Part shown: positions 36,268 through 49,139 of the stretch, in pieces
How positions within the stretch are numbered: position 1 is the stretch's first letter
How the letters are laid out: each line of letters opens with the position of its first letter
From: Pristiophorus japonicus
Taxonomy: Eukaryota
Length of the DNA: 64,000 bases
Assembly (NCBI RefSeq): GCF_044704955.1
Contig: NC_091984.1
Coordinates: forward strand, 145,452,001 to 145,516,000
Reading direction: 5' to 3'
Made by a program: the position numbers and the translations under genes
The notes under the pieces: generated by a model
Told to the model about the DNA's origin: nothing
The model's input: only the letters and a program-made list of their open reading frames with translations
The model's database searches: none

Positions 36268-36828
36268 CCAGGCCACCCGGAGACCGGTGGCGGTTGTACA
36301 TAGCTCTACTTTTAGTTTAAGGCAGCTGACTGCAACATTTTACATTTTAAGGTTTAGTTTAGAATTGAGGTTAATGTTGCAGTAATGTTTAGGTGATTAT
36401 TTTGAGTTTGTCTTGTGTGTCAGCCAGCCTGAGACCAGTTCTCAAGGACAGGATCTAGACATTACCGGGTGATGGACAAACCTCAGGAGACCAATTGATG
36501 TTGTTTAGTTTTAATCTATGTTTTCTTTCCTTCTGTAATGTGGTTGTACATTGCCTATATGCTGGTGAATATAATGTAACTGAAATGAAATATAACTGTG
36601 CTGAAATGCAATTGTAGTAATTGAACCCCCTCCAAGCTGGGAGGGTATAAATGTAAAAAGTTTTTACCTGTAAAGGGGAAAGTGTGCATCTATGGTGATG
36701 TTGCATAAGTGTAATGCATTTTGGCTGTTAGTTTAGCTAATTTACGGGGAAGGTTATCTCTTGGGAGTCAGGAACTTTGCTCACCTCGAAGGATGATACC
36801 ATAAGTGATATGGTATCACAGGGGGGAA

Positions 36829-38359
36829 TGTAGAATTTACCAATATCTCGCAAAGATTCCAGGTACCTTTCCTCTGCAGAGGAGAAGAATCCCTTTCTGG
36901 ACTTTTAAAATGGAAAGAAAACTTTGGGACACAAATGAATTTTAAAGGGGCAGACGAGGTCTGCAGGGGATAAAAGGGGGTGCATTCATGGAGACCACCC
37001 CCCAGTGTTTGGACTCATAGGAAAGGGAATTTAATTTTGAACTATCTACCAGAAAGTTTGAAATCCTAAAGTGCACATGGAAGAAACTACGAACTTTAAT
37101 CGAATTTGGGATTTTTAAAAGGTGTATGTTGGGTTTGCAAGAAAAGGGGTGGAGTCAATATCTAAAGGGCCAGTTTGGACATTGGAACTAATCAAATTGT
37201 CTGGGAACTGTATACCCTCGAAACTTGCCCCTTGAAAACATTAGCATTTAAACAATGCCACATACATATTCCAACACCTTTTCAACAGGCATGGAAATAT
37301 CTGGCTCAGGCCAGACAAGCACAATGGAGAGCTCATCAACTTCGAAAAGCCTATTAACGCCAGATTAAAACCACTTAATCAAGTTTCAGTTAGCTGGGCT
37401 AGATTTGATGGGAGATAACGGAGCCTTTTTTTGTGGGTATATCTATTCCCAGTTTTACCAAGGAACAGACTCGAACAGCAGAACACAGACTCAAACACTG
37501 ACAGACACAAGCAGCCGGAAGTGAGGAGTGAAGAAATGGAGTAGTGAAGGAAACTACAAGAAATCATCAAGGACCGACTGAGCACGAGGCCCACGAAATG
37601 GAAGGTTGTCAGCAACCAAATTGACAACCCGGGCCACCACAACCAGCGAAACGACCAACCAAAACCAACTCAGAAAAAACCGAAGAATCGACATTTATTT
37701 CCACTCTACAATCTACTTCGGAATGACCAACGGGTGAGAAATGACCAAAAGGGACTAACTAAACTATTCCTAACCAAAGAAAGTGGGTACTTACCCCATA
37801 CATCCAAAACGCAACTTACCGCATCAATGGACGCACCCCAACCAAAGACTACGCAGTCCGAAGTCCTCTCCTCCGACTGAGGTACGGCTCACCTAGAAGG
37901 CCAAGTGCAGCGAACCCCGAAACCGTGATTCACCGGCAACTGTCTAAAGGGATTGGTGAGCATGGCCCCTGAACCCTCAGAGCTATAACTTAGTTAGTTC
38001 GGGGAATTGGGGGAGGGAGGCTGGGATAACTTGTGCAAATATATCTGCATTCGCCTCTTTACCCCATTTAGAGTTTAAGCTGTATTCTTTTCCTCACAGA
38101 CTGTAATTGGACAATTTATTCAATGTGTTGTACCCCTCAGTGTGTATTGGTCTGTGTGTGTTATTAAAGGTATGCCTTTTACTTCTTTTTAAGCACAATG
38201 AAGCCATACCTGCTTCCTACCTTGAAACCGGTTGTCTGTCCAAGTCTGTCACAGTCCCTTCATAATTCCAGTGTCTAGAACCAAGGGTGTGGGAGCGATT
38301 CGGAACCGCTCATATAAGGTCAGAAGGGAAAGCTGACCCCCTGCAAACCACCCCTGACA
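36829..38359 (+). repeat. 3' LTR of element C (1531 bp)
   Basis: Starts TGTAG directly after the PPT and ends ..CCCCTGACA, where homology to the 5' LTR stops. Confidence 0.85.
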
Positions 38360-39099
38360 TAACAGATAAAAGGATGAGGACCCCGGAATTGGGGACAATA
38401 GATGGGGAATCCCGTCTAGTTGCCCTTGAGAAGGTGGGGATGGGGCCACTTCTTCAAACGCTGCAGTCCACCTGGTGAATGTACCCACAGTGCTGCTCGG
38501 CAGCATCTTTCAGTATCGTGACCCCTTGACGGTGCCAGCAAATATCAGCGGGTAATATTTTGCAATGTTACTGATCTTTTGCAATGAGCAAAACCTGTCA
38601 ATAATTTATTGATCGAAAGTCGGCAGCATGATAAACATTTCGAAATCAAGTCATCCCAAACCATTATTCGCCAAACCACAAATGTATTCAACAATTCGAG
38701 CAGTGTTTCAGTGAGTTATTAATTTCCTGCCCGCCCTACTTAAACAGAGTTATATTTTAAACTGTGGTGACACTTCATTAACAATTCATCTGGTTATAAA
38801 ATGACTGCGAACAAGGCCACGTGTTTCTATTTTCCAGGGTTGTACAAGGATCGAGACTCAGAAATCAAATGTCCAACACTCATAGAATCTAAGCACCAAT
38901 GTTATCAGCTCAAAATAAAAATAATACCATTGCTACTTTACTTTAATGTGTACATTTGATCCACTTTCCATCCCGTCTGTCTCAGGATTGACTGCTCGTG
39001 CAATGTTCCGAATATTCATATTGCAATATGTTTTATACCTGACGGCAAATTTATAATCATGGATTTTTTGCGGCCATAAGTGGACTTTCTCCTGGACTT

Positions 39100-41900
39100 G
39101 GTTTCAGGAGCTCCTTGACAACACGGAACTGTGAACGGCGACCCACACAACACAGATTCCCTTTCATTTCCCAGAACTACAGTGTGATGTAACACTTGTG
39201 ACTGACACACTAACAGTGTTGGCCCATCGCCGGCTCTCAGCAGATACTTACTTCCGTTCCCTAGAATACCGAGTAATATAAATCAATGTCAATTCAAACC
39301 ATGTGACTTGTCATGGAGTACAGTTACTGTCAGTCCCAGTTAAAGGTGAGGGAGAGAAGGGAGGCAGAGAAAGTCAGCAGGAGAAGGCCAGCCCGATTCT
39401 CCCAGCACAGCCCGGCTCCCTGTCTCTGCCACAGATCTGCCACGACATAAACTGACAACATGCCACTGTGTGAATCCTCCCATAGACATCATCCTGATAC
39501 ACGCAAGGTATAACATCACTGGGTCTTTAGTTGTAGGTTAAAAGAACATTATAATATCAACACACATATTCCAAAGGGAGAGAGAGAAAAGGGAGCAGGT
39601 GATATTTCTGAATTTCTGACACTAACCGGAAATCAGCAACAAATACTGAGTGCAGGGCAAACAGCAAGTTCCCAGAGCCGGCAGAAGGGCAGTAATACAG
39701 TGGGCACGGATTCACACAATTAGTAACAGCTTACAGTGACTTGCCGGGGACTGTAAGGACTGCAATAATACAATCACAGACCATTTGATACTCTGGAGTT
39801 TACACTCACACTGAACATGGATTTAGATGAATGTAACTCCCGCTTCAGAAATGGCGATGACTCGGGGTGTGGAGACAGGGAAAGAAGTGAGTGATACAAT
39901 TTGAGAATATGGCGATAAACAACGTGAACTGAAGACATCTCCAGTCACACTTCCAACAGCAGACGGGATATGCACTGACCAGAACCGCGAGGAGACTTTG
40001 CCCGACAGTGTCAGTGTATTATGATGTCAATGAACATATTACACAGGGAAGGCAGAGGAAAAGGAGAAGATGATATTCAGCAAATTTCTGACAGTGAGCG
40101 CTGAGCAGCAAAACAAAAGCTTCGGAAGAAACAGAACAATCTCTCGGGCCCGCAGCAAGCGCAGTCATAAAGTGAAGCCCTGCTTCACAAAGTAAGTCAT
40201 TTCATAAGCAGTTCCCGGGATACTGAAAGCAGCCTTTAGAACTGGAACAGGTGACAGGGATATCAGCCAATGGGACCGCACTGAAGCAGGCCATTCGGCC
40301 CATTGTAACCGGGCCTGCTCCCTGAAAGATCTGGCCAATTCCTCCCAGTCGCTGCTTCTTCCCCATATCCCGGAAAGTTTTATTTGTCAAGTAGATAACC
40401 AATTCTCTTCTGCGAGTGATTATTGCATCTGCTGAGCCAACCTCTCAGGCAATGCATTCAAGATCAGAGCAATAAATTCAACTGGGTTTGTCTCTGAGAA
40501 TTGACGGTGACCTTGGTGCTGGACACAGGGCGACAACTGACCCTGGGCCTTGATATATTCCAGAAAGCCTTATTATTACAGGCGCCTATCTTCCAGTGCG
40601 ATCATTGGGCTGCATTGACCCTGGGAGTGGAGACAGTCAGTGGGGCAGTCAGACTCGCTTCACTCTGAGCTTACTGACTTACATCTTTCAATAGACTGTA
40701 GACTTTTACAATCTAACAGCCGAAATATCCGAGTTTTAAGCTGCTCACATTTCTTTCACATTAAACCTGGGAGGTTGGGTCGCATCCTGTGGCGGGAACT
40801 CATTGACTGAATGTGAGATATCAGTTTCCTGTTGAAATTGCATATCCATCGGACCGAACGGTTTAACATTGGCCGCTTTCACACACTGGGCTCTGACACA
40901 CGGAACTGTAACTGTGCGGGAGGAGAATGTAAGACAGACACAGATTATGGGGCGGGGTGACAGGACTGCATCAAGTTGTGAAAGGTTGGGAGATGGGAGG
41001 TAGAAGCACATTGTTCCCAGTGGATGGGGGCTCAAGGAGGAGGCACCAAAGGCACTAGACATTTGGAATAAGGAACAGGACAAACTTCCCAACAAATAGT
41101 TGTGAGGCTGTGAGATTCAGTTCCAGGGTTTGTGTATAAGCAGCAAATATGTCCACATAAAAGTGGATGGGATAGGTGTGTGAGGGAAGGGGTGATGAGG
41201 GATGTGGGGACAGAGGGATAAATGCCATTCTCACTAACTGCTCACTGTAAGGATCTGACGGGATTTTCAATGTGAATTTGAATTGGGTGTTGAGCGGCTG
41301 TTTCTGGATGTGTGTGGAGCGGGAATCAGAGGGGGAGAATCTGGGCCAATTTCAAACATATTGTGTGTCCAGTAATTGTCAGACATTCCCGGCTATTACA
41401 GCAGGGGGAGTGGAAGGAGAGGCTGTCTGTTGTAATGTGAATAAACCCATTGTATCATAAACTGCGCGGATTCTCAGCTATAATTGCACCAGTCCCAAAG
41501 TCAGTAAATGAAGGAAATAAATGATGTTTAAAATTAACATTCTAATGTCAATAAAACGCTCAGTTAAGGAACACGGGAGAGCGGGAAATATATTCATTGA
41601 ATTTCTGATAATGAATGGACTTGGAAAAACGCAGCGAAAAAGGACAGTTACCGAGATAGGATCAGTAATGCAGTTAACCCCTGGTCTGTACATTTAGTCC
41701 CGGAATATAGTCACTTCCCGGGGATTCCAAGGAATGCTTCAATGGGACATTAAATCATTCCTGTCTGTGTCAGTGTCGGTAGCACGGTGAATGGATAGGC
41801 GGTGAACAGATCTCTCATTCTGACAGAGAAGTGATGTTTACTCTTGATTCTGGACACAGGGCTCCAACTGACTGTCAGATGTGAGATTGAGATAAATTCC
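39100..41900. repeat. Old, diverged tandem duplication (~2-kb unit plus an internal ~470-bp copy)
   Basis: Colinear motifs AATTTCTGA (39611, 40083, 41600), CAGT.AT..AGT (39690, 40162, 41663), CCGGG.. and TGGA.ACAGGG (39870, 40520, 41851). Confidence 0.55.
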
Positions 41901-43199
41901 TTATTTATAATCGAGGAACACCTCCCGTGGGATCAGCAAAAAGCAACATTGACATTACTTCCAGTCAGTGGGACAGCGTGACATCTCCCTTCATGGAAAG
42001 GTGTTGTGTAAGTGTTTATAAATTGATGTTGGGTGTTATGAAATGAAACAGCCCAAAGATTGGAATAATATGATGGTCCCATGTCCATGTCTGGATGTAC
42101 TGAAAGCCGGGCTCTGAGCCAAGCACTGCCCCTGAACCACAAACAGCTCCCTTTTCCTTCTGTGCTGGGACCCGGCTCACACCTGGCCATGCACCAATTG
42201 CATTCCCCCAATTTTCAGACACCTCTCAAGGCTTCATACCGCCCCTGACCATGAGAACTCGCTCTTGTTCATCTCACACTGAGCTTTCACAATTGGAATA
42301 CCAATTTGTGTCCTTAGAACAGGAAGAGGTCGGGCTTTCGACCAACACGAGGAATAAAGTAACATTCAAACCTCAGACAGAACAATGTGCCCAGGCCCTA
42401 AAATAACCTGGGTTTGATAAGGATTAGGAGCAGGAGGAGGTCATTGGGCCCCTCGACCCTGCTTCACCATTTAATGAGATCATGGCTGATCTGAAATGTC
42501 AGTGGAATTAAAATGCTCTGAATGTTTCAGGGGATGATACGGACACCAGACGCCGGACGGGCGGGAACCGAGGTATAGGGATTGGAGGGTGATCTGATTT
42601 GCAATATTGCAATAAGCTCTGCCAAGTGTGAAACAGGATGTGTCTGGAGATCTCCGTCCCCCAGGATGCTGCGGTGGGTCCAACGTTTGTGCTCAGCTCT
42701 TCATTGTCCATTATTATCCATTCTGTGCCCACTTTGATCATTTCAGTAATATAGGATATTAGGATTCGGGATATAGTAACATTGGGAACAGGAGCAGGCC
42801 ATTCGGCCCCATAGATCCTGGCCAATCTGCAGGCCAGCTCCATTTTCCCTCCTTGCTCCATATCACATGATACCCTTATCGAACAAATATCTTCCATCTC
42901 AGCCTTGGAAGCCCCACTTGGCCCTGTATCCATTGGGGCGGGAATACCCACATTCCCACTACACTTCCTGCCGAAAAGTGCTTCCGGACCTGGCTCCTCA
43001 AAGGCCTAGATCTAATTGTACCTTTATTTCACCAGGTCTTTAATCCCACACCAGAGGAAATAGTTTCTCTGCATCGACCCAATAGAAATGGTTCACATTT
43101 TACACAACACTATCAGATCACCCTCCAGTCCCCTATACTGCAGTGAATTTATGTCATATTTATGCAATATTTAGCCACTAAAACCTGGTAATATTCTGT

Positions 43200-43355
43200 G
43201 CAGGAAGGTTCTCTTCCCTTCTAATGGGCGGGAGGGACCTCCACAGGAGATCAATGCAGCCTGGTTGCACAATGCACAGGACTCAAGCGGGAATGTCATC
43301 AGAGGACCTGGCTGCAGTGGTGCAAACCTTTCAATGATCTCAGTGGATCACAAAC
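43200..43355 (+). mobile_element. Harbinger Myb/SANT-like gene remnant, interrupted by the Gypsy element
   Basis: RTWLQWCKPFNDL at 43303-43341 resembles the Myb/SANT-like RTWxQCxKxFNDL motif. Confidence 0.45.
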
Positions 43356-46300
43356 TATTATTTATGTATACTTGTATTTACTCTGTACAGCCATCAGAGG
43401 GCTCATCCCCTGGAGTCCCAAAGGATCCCATAATCTCTTGGGAGCACAGGTATTTAAGGAGGCTTCACAGGTTAGAGAGGCACTCTGGAGACCTGCAATA
43501 AAAGACTACGGTCACACTTTACTTTGAGCTCACTGTTCAGTCTGACTCTTTCTCCATACACAACAACTGACGACGAGATACAGATAGTGAACCCAAAGAT
43601 GCAGAGAACAGTGGGCATCCTGGAGAAATTCTCGGAGGAAGATGATTGGAAAACTTTTGTGGAGTGACTCAACAAATATTTCGTGGCCAATGAGCTAGAT
43701 GGGGAAGAGAGCACTGCCAAACGAAGGGCGAAACTCCTCACCATCTGTGGGGCACCAACTTATGGCCTCATGAAGAATCTGCTCACTCCAGCGAAACCCA
43801 CGGAAAAATCATACGCCAATTTGTGCATACTGGTCCGAGAGCATTTGAACCCAAAGGAAAGCATTCTGATGCTGAGTTATCGGTTCCACACCTGCAAAAG
43901 GTCTGAAGGCCAGGAAGTGGCGAGTTATGTCACCGAGCTAAGACGCCTTGCAGGACATTGCGAATTTGAAGGACATTTGGAGCACATGCGCAGAGACTTT
44001 TTCATATTTGGGATTGGCTATGAAACCATACTTCGCAAACTTTTGACTGTAGAGACCCCAACCTTAATTAAGGGCATAGCGATAGCCCAGGTGTTCATTG
44101 CCATCAATGACAATAGGAAGCAAATCTCTCAGCACCAAATTGCTGCTACAAATACAGTGAACAAACTGATTTGTTTTTGAATCATAACGTACAGGGCAGG
44201 TCACACATACCTGCAGCTACATGACCGCAGATGTCTCAGAGTCCACCATCAAGGGTGATGAGTGCAAGCTATTAACACCTTGTTGGCGCTGCGGGGGTGA
44301 TCATCGCTTCTATTCATGCCGATTCAAAGACTACGTTTGCAGGGAATGTAGTACAATGGGACGCCTCCAACGAGTGTGCAGGTGAGCTGCAAAGCCTGTT
44401 AAATCTGCAAACCACCAGAGGAGGACAGATCCACACAGGGTCACGACGAACCAGAGCCTCAGATCGAGGAGGCAGAGGTACATAGGGTGCACACATTCAT
44501 CACGAATTGTCCCCCGATAATGCTGAATGTTGAACGAAATGGACTCCCGGTCTCAATGGAGCTGGACACGGGCATGAGCCAGTCCATCATGCGCAAAATG
44601 ACTTTCAAAAAGTTGTGGTGCAACAAGGCCTCGAGGCCAGTCTTAACTCCAGTTCGCACGAAACTAAGAACTTGCACGAAAGAACTGATTCCTGTAATTG
44701 GCAGTGCTACCATAAAGGTCTCCTACGATGGAGCGGTGCAAAAGCTACCACTCTGGGTGGTACCGGGCGATGGTCCCACGCTGCTCAGCAGGAGCTGGCT
44801 GCGAAAGATACGCTGGAACTGGGATGACGTCCGAGTGCGATCGCCTGCTGACGACACTTCATGTGCCCAGGTCTTAAACAAATTTTCTTCTCTGTTTAAA
44901 CCATTCATCGGGAAATTCCAAGGATCAAAAATGCAGATCCACCTAATTCCGGCGGCACAACCCATCCATCACAAGGCGAGAGCAGTATCGTACAAGGGTA
45001 GAGATTGAGCTAGACTGGCTGCAAAGAGAGGGCATCATTTCGCGGATCGAGTTCAATGAGTGGGCCAGTCCTATCATCCCAGTCCTCAAGGGAAATGGCA
45101 CCGTCAGAATCTGTGGCGATGACAAAGTAACTATCAATTGTTTCTCCCTGCAGGACCAATAGCTACTACCAAAGGCTGCTGACCTCTTTGCAATGCTGGC
45201 GGGAGGAAAGACGTTCACAAAGCTGGATCTGACTTCAGCCGACATGACGCAGGAACTGGAGGAATCATCGAAGGCCCTCACCTGCATTAACATGCACAAA
45301 GGTCTTTTTGTTTATAACAGATGCCCGTTTGGAATCCGATTGTCGGCAGCGCTATTCTAGAGAAACATGGAAAGCTTACTGAAGTCAATCCCGCACACCG
45401 TGGTCTTCCAGGATGACATCTTGGTCACGGGTCGGAACACAGTCAAGCACCTGCAGAACATGGAGGAGGTTCTTAGTCGACTCAACCGCATGGGGCTCAG
45501 GTTAAAACGCTCGAAGTGCATTTTCCTGGTGCCTGAAGTGGAGTTCCTGGGAAGAAGGATTGCGGCGGACAGCATCAGGCCCACCAACGCGAAGACGGAG
45601 GCAATCGAGAACACACTGAGGCCGCAGAATGTGACGGAGCTGCGGTTGTTTCTGGGACTCCTGAACTACTTTGGTAACTTCTTACAGGGTCTCAGCACAC
45701 TGTTAGAACCACTGTATGTCTTACTACGAAAAGGGGATGAATGGGTTTGCGGCAAAAGCCAAGAAAATGCCTTTGTAAAAGCGAGAAAATTGCTATGCTC
45801 AAACAAATTGCTTGTGTTGTATGATCCATGTCAGCGTTTGGTACTAACATGTGATGCGTCGTCAGATGGCATCAGGTATATATTGCAACAAGCTAATGAT
45901 TTCGGGAAAATGCAACCAGTTGCTTTTGCATCCAGATGTCTGTCTGAGGCTGAGAGAGCCTACAGTATGATTGAGAAAGAAACGTTAGCGTGTGCATATG
46001 TGGTAGAGAAAATGCATCAATATCTGTTTGGGATAAAATTTGAATTGGAAACTGACCATAATTCACTTATATCGCTGTTTTCCGAGAGAAAAGGGATAAA
46101 TACCAACACATCGGCCTGCATCCAGAGATGGGCGCTTATGTTGTCCGCATACAACTTCGCCATCCGCCACAGGCCAGCCACAGAAAACTGCGCCGATGCT
46201 TTCAGCAGGCTGCCATTGGCCACCACAGGGATGGAATTGGCGCAGCCCGCAGATCTAGGCATGGGTATGGAAGCATTTGAGAGTGAGCAATCACCCGTCA

Positions 46301-47879
46301 CTGCCCGACAGATCAAAACCTGGTCAAGCCAGGACCCCTTATTATCTCTAGTCAAAAGCTGTGTGCTTCACGGGAGCTGGTCCAGTGTCCCAGTGAAAAT
46401 GCAGGAAGAGATAAAGCCTTTCCAGTGGCGCAAAGATGAAATGTCTATATATGCAGACTGCCTTCTGTGGGACAATCGAGTAGTGGTCCCCAAGAAGGGC
46501 AGAGACACCTTCATCAATGACCTCCACTGTACCCACCCGAGCATTGTAATGATGAAGGCGATAGCCAGATCCCACGTGTGGTGGCCCGGTATCGATGTGG
46601 ACTTAGAGTCCTGCGTTCACAGATGTAACACATGCTTGGAGTTAAGCAATGTATCCAGGGAGGTGCCGCTAAGTTTATGATCTTGGCCCTCCAAACCATG
46701 GTCTAGAGTACACGTTGACTATGCAGGCCTGTTCTTGGGTAAAATGTTCCTTTGAGGTTGAAGAGCGTACTCCAAGTGGATTGAATGGGAGATAATTTCG
46801 GCTAGCACATCCGCTGCCACTACTGAAAGCCTGGGGGCCACCTTTGCCACACACGGCCTACCCAATGTGCTGGTGAGCGACAACGGGCCATGTTTTACCA
46901 GTGCTGAGTTCGAAGAATTCATGAGGGATCAAACATATCACATCTGCCCCGTTTAAACCAGCGTCCAATGCGCAGGCAGAGAGAGCAGTGCAAACCATCA
47001 AGCAAGGCTTGAAGAGGGTAACTCGCCCATCCCAAGTCCTGCTTAGCTACCGCACGGGACCCCACTCACTCACTGGGATCCCACCTGCTGAACGGCTCAT
47101 GAAAAGAGCACTTAAGACAAGGCTCTCGTTAGTTCACCCTGATCTACATGAACAGGTAGAGAGCAGGCTGGCTTCAACAAAGTACACACCGTGATAGCGC
47201 TAATGTGTCACGCGAGATTGAAATCAATGATCCTGTATTTGTATTAAATTATGGACAAGATCCCAAGTGGCTTTCCGTCACTGTCATGGCCAAAAAGGAG
47301 AGCAGGGTGTTTCGGGTCAAACTTTCAAATGGACTCATTCAAGAGAAACACTTGGACCAATCAAACTCAGATTCACGGACTATCCTGAGCAACCCACCTT
47401 GGACCCTACCGTTTTTGATCCCCCAACATACACATGAGGGGCAACCGGCACCACGGTTGACCATGAAGCAGAACCCATCATCCGCAGCAGCCCAGCAGGG
47501 CCCAACACACCAGGGCGCAGCCCAGCAAGGCCAGCTCCACAGCAGCCCAGTGAGGGCCCAACAAATGATTCAACACCAGCTTTCACACCGAGATGATCAA
47601 CCAGGGCAAGAAGGGCCCCAGATCGACTCACATTGTAAATAGTTACACTTTTGAATTTGGGGGGAGTGTTGTTATATATGTATACTTGTATTTACTCTGT
47701 ACATCCACCAGAGGGCTCATCCCCTGGAGTCCCAAGGGATCCCATAATCCCTTGGGAGCGCAGGTATTTAAGGAGGTTTCACAGGTTGGAGAGGCACTCT
47801 GGAGACCTGCAATTAAAGACTAAACTCACACTTTACTTTGAGCTCAGTGTTCAGTCTAACTTTTTCTCCATACACAACA
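43356..47879 (+). mobile_element. Full-length decayed Ty3/Gypsy retrotransposon with 210-bp LTRs (43356-43565 and 47670-47879)
   Basis: Matching LTRs, PBS-like TGACGACGAG and PPT GGGGGGAG. Motifs: MELDTG protease, VFQDDILV RT, a single RNase H LTCDAS, and integrase LVSDNG. Confidence 0.93.
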
Positions 47880-48129
47880 CAGATCCTTACTGAAAAGCCA
47901 CACTCAACCTCATCCTGCAGTGCCAATCCTCACATCCCCATCACTCTACCTTCCCTAATCCTGCACTTCCTTACTCACACCAACTTAGCTTGCACCTCCA
48001 CTCATCCCCTCTCTCTATCTCCATTATCACATCCCTTTCTCACCAGCCACCCCTCACACTCACCCTCACCTCATCCAATCATACCAACTAAGCACACAAG
48101 GGTAGGCACTTGGCTCTTTTAGCCAAATA

Positions 48130-49100
48130 GTAAATCTTTATTTTTAACATGTTGCCTTCTTGGACAGTGGAAGTGTCTCAGTGAGTTGCAGTGATTAGCG
48201 AGACATAACATTACCCCCGCAATGGTGCTGAGTGTGAAAGGAATGATTTGTGCATTGTAGGGGTACTGTAGGGGTGCTGTTGTGGGGTGGTGCCAAACTG
48301 GTGCATCATGTGGCAGCCACAGTGCACAGTGTGAAGGGAAGTAAATGTGGCCACGGTGAGGGTATCCCTGGCCTTCCGGGCAGCAATATCTTCAGGTGCT
48401 GATGCCCCGTGTCCTGTGCAGCATCAGGTGATGACGGAGAATGTTGGTGCTGTGGTTGGTGTTGCTGGTGTGTCTGGTGCTGCTGGTGTGCCGGGTGATG
48501 CTGATATGTCCGGTGATGCTGGTGTGTCTGGTGATGCTGGTGTGCCTGGTGATGCTGGTGTGCCAGGTGATGCTGGTGTGCCTGGTGATGCTGGTGTGTC
48601 TGGTGATGCTGGTGTGCCGGGTGATGCTGGTGTGTCTGGTGCTGCTGGTATGCTTGGTGCTGCTGGTTTGTCTGGTGATGCTGGTGTGTCTGGTGCTGCT
48701 GGTTTGCCTGGTGATGCTGGTGTGCCTGGTGATGCTGGTGTGTTTGGTGATGCTGGTGTGCCGGGTGCTGCTGGTGTGTCTGGTGATGCTGGTGTGCCTG
48801 GTGCTGCTGGTGTGTCTGGTGATGCTGGTGTGCCTGGTGATGCTGGTGTGTCTGGTGCTGCTGGTGCGTCTGGTGATGCTGGTGTTGGGGCTGATCTTGG
48901 TGGGATTCTGAGGAACAAGGTGAGACTTTTTCAAGGGCACCGATGCGGATGGAATATCTGGCAGCTGAAGTTGAGATGACAGAAGCGATCTGTCAATGGT
49001 GAGAGAGGTTGCTCCAAGAAGGTGCCAGTGAATAGAGAGTTTACTCCAAACACTTCCAACCAGCTTCAAGCTCAAATGTGTATTCCAAATCCTGAATGCT
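48130..49100 (-). mobile_element. Probable Harbinger remnant (transposase C-terminus) hosting a minisatellite
   Basis: Minus-strand IAARKARDTLTVATF at ~48345-48390 resembles the C-terminus IAARALCQELINDHF of the transposase at 12446. Confidence 0.35.
48445..48890. repeat. 18-bp minisatellite (GGTGATGCTGGTGTG[T/C]CT)n
   Basis: About 24 units, directly visible. Confidence 0.95.
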
Positions 49101-49139
49101 CCAGCTTCTGAGATTGGAAGAATAGGCAGATATTTCAGG

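Larger units (their letters stand above)
29991..38359 (+). mobile_element. Retrovirus-like LTR element C (gag-pol, no env, 1.5-kb LTR), 5' LTR truncated
   Basis: LTR remnant 30014-30457 matches 37917-38359. PBS, gag, pol and the PPT AGGGGGGAA (36820-36828) are present. Confidence 0.93.

Noticed and set aside
38486-39470. RSS heptamers CACAGTG (38486) and CACTGTG (39464)
   Set aside because: No nonamer at 12 or 23 bp spacing.
41844-41885. TCR/Ig J-like segment LILDTGLQLTVR + GTGAG (and LVLDTGRQLTLG at 40513-40548)
   Set aside because: Lacks the F/W-G-x-G motif and a convincing RSS, and is on the opposite strand to the kappa C exon. Kept only as part of the triplicated-unit finding.
48347-48979. 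Collagen-like Gly-X-Y ORF (GDAGVP)n
   Set aside because: Product of an 18-bp minisatellite that is open in several frames on both strands. There is no signal peptide, splice structure or collagen C-terminal domain.
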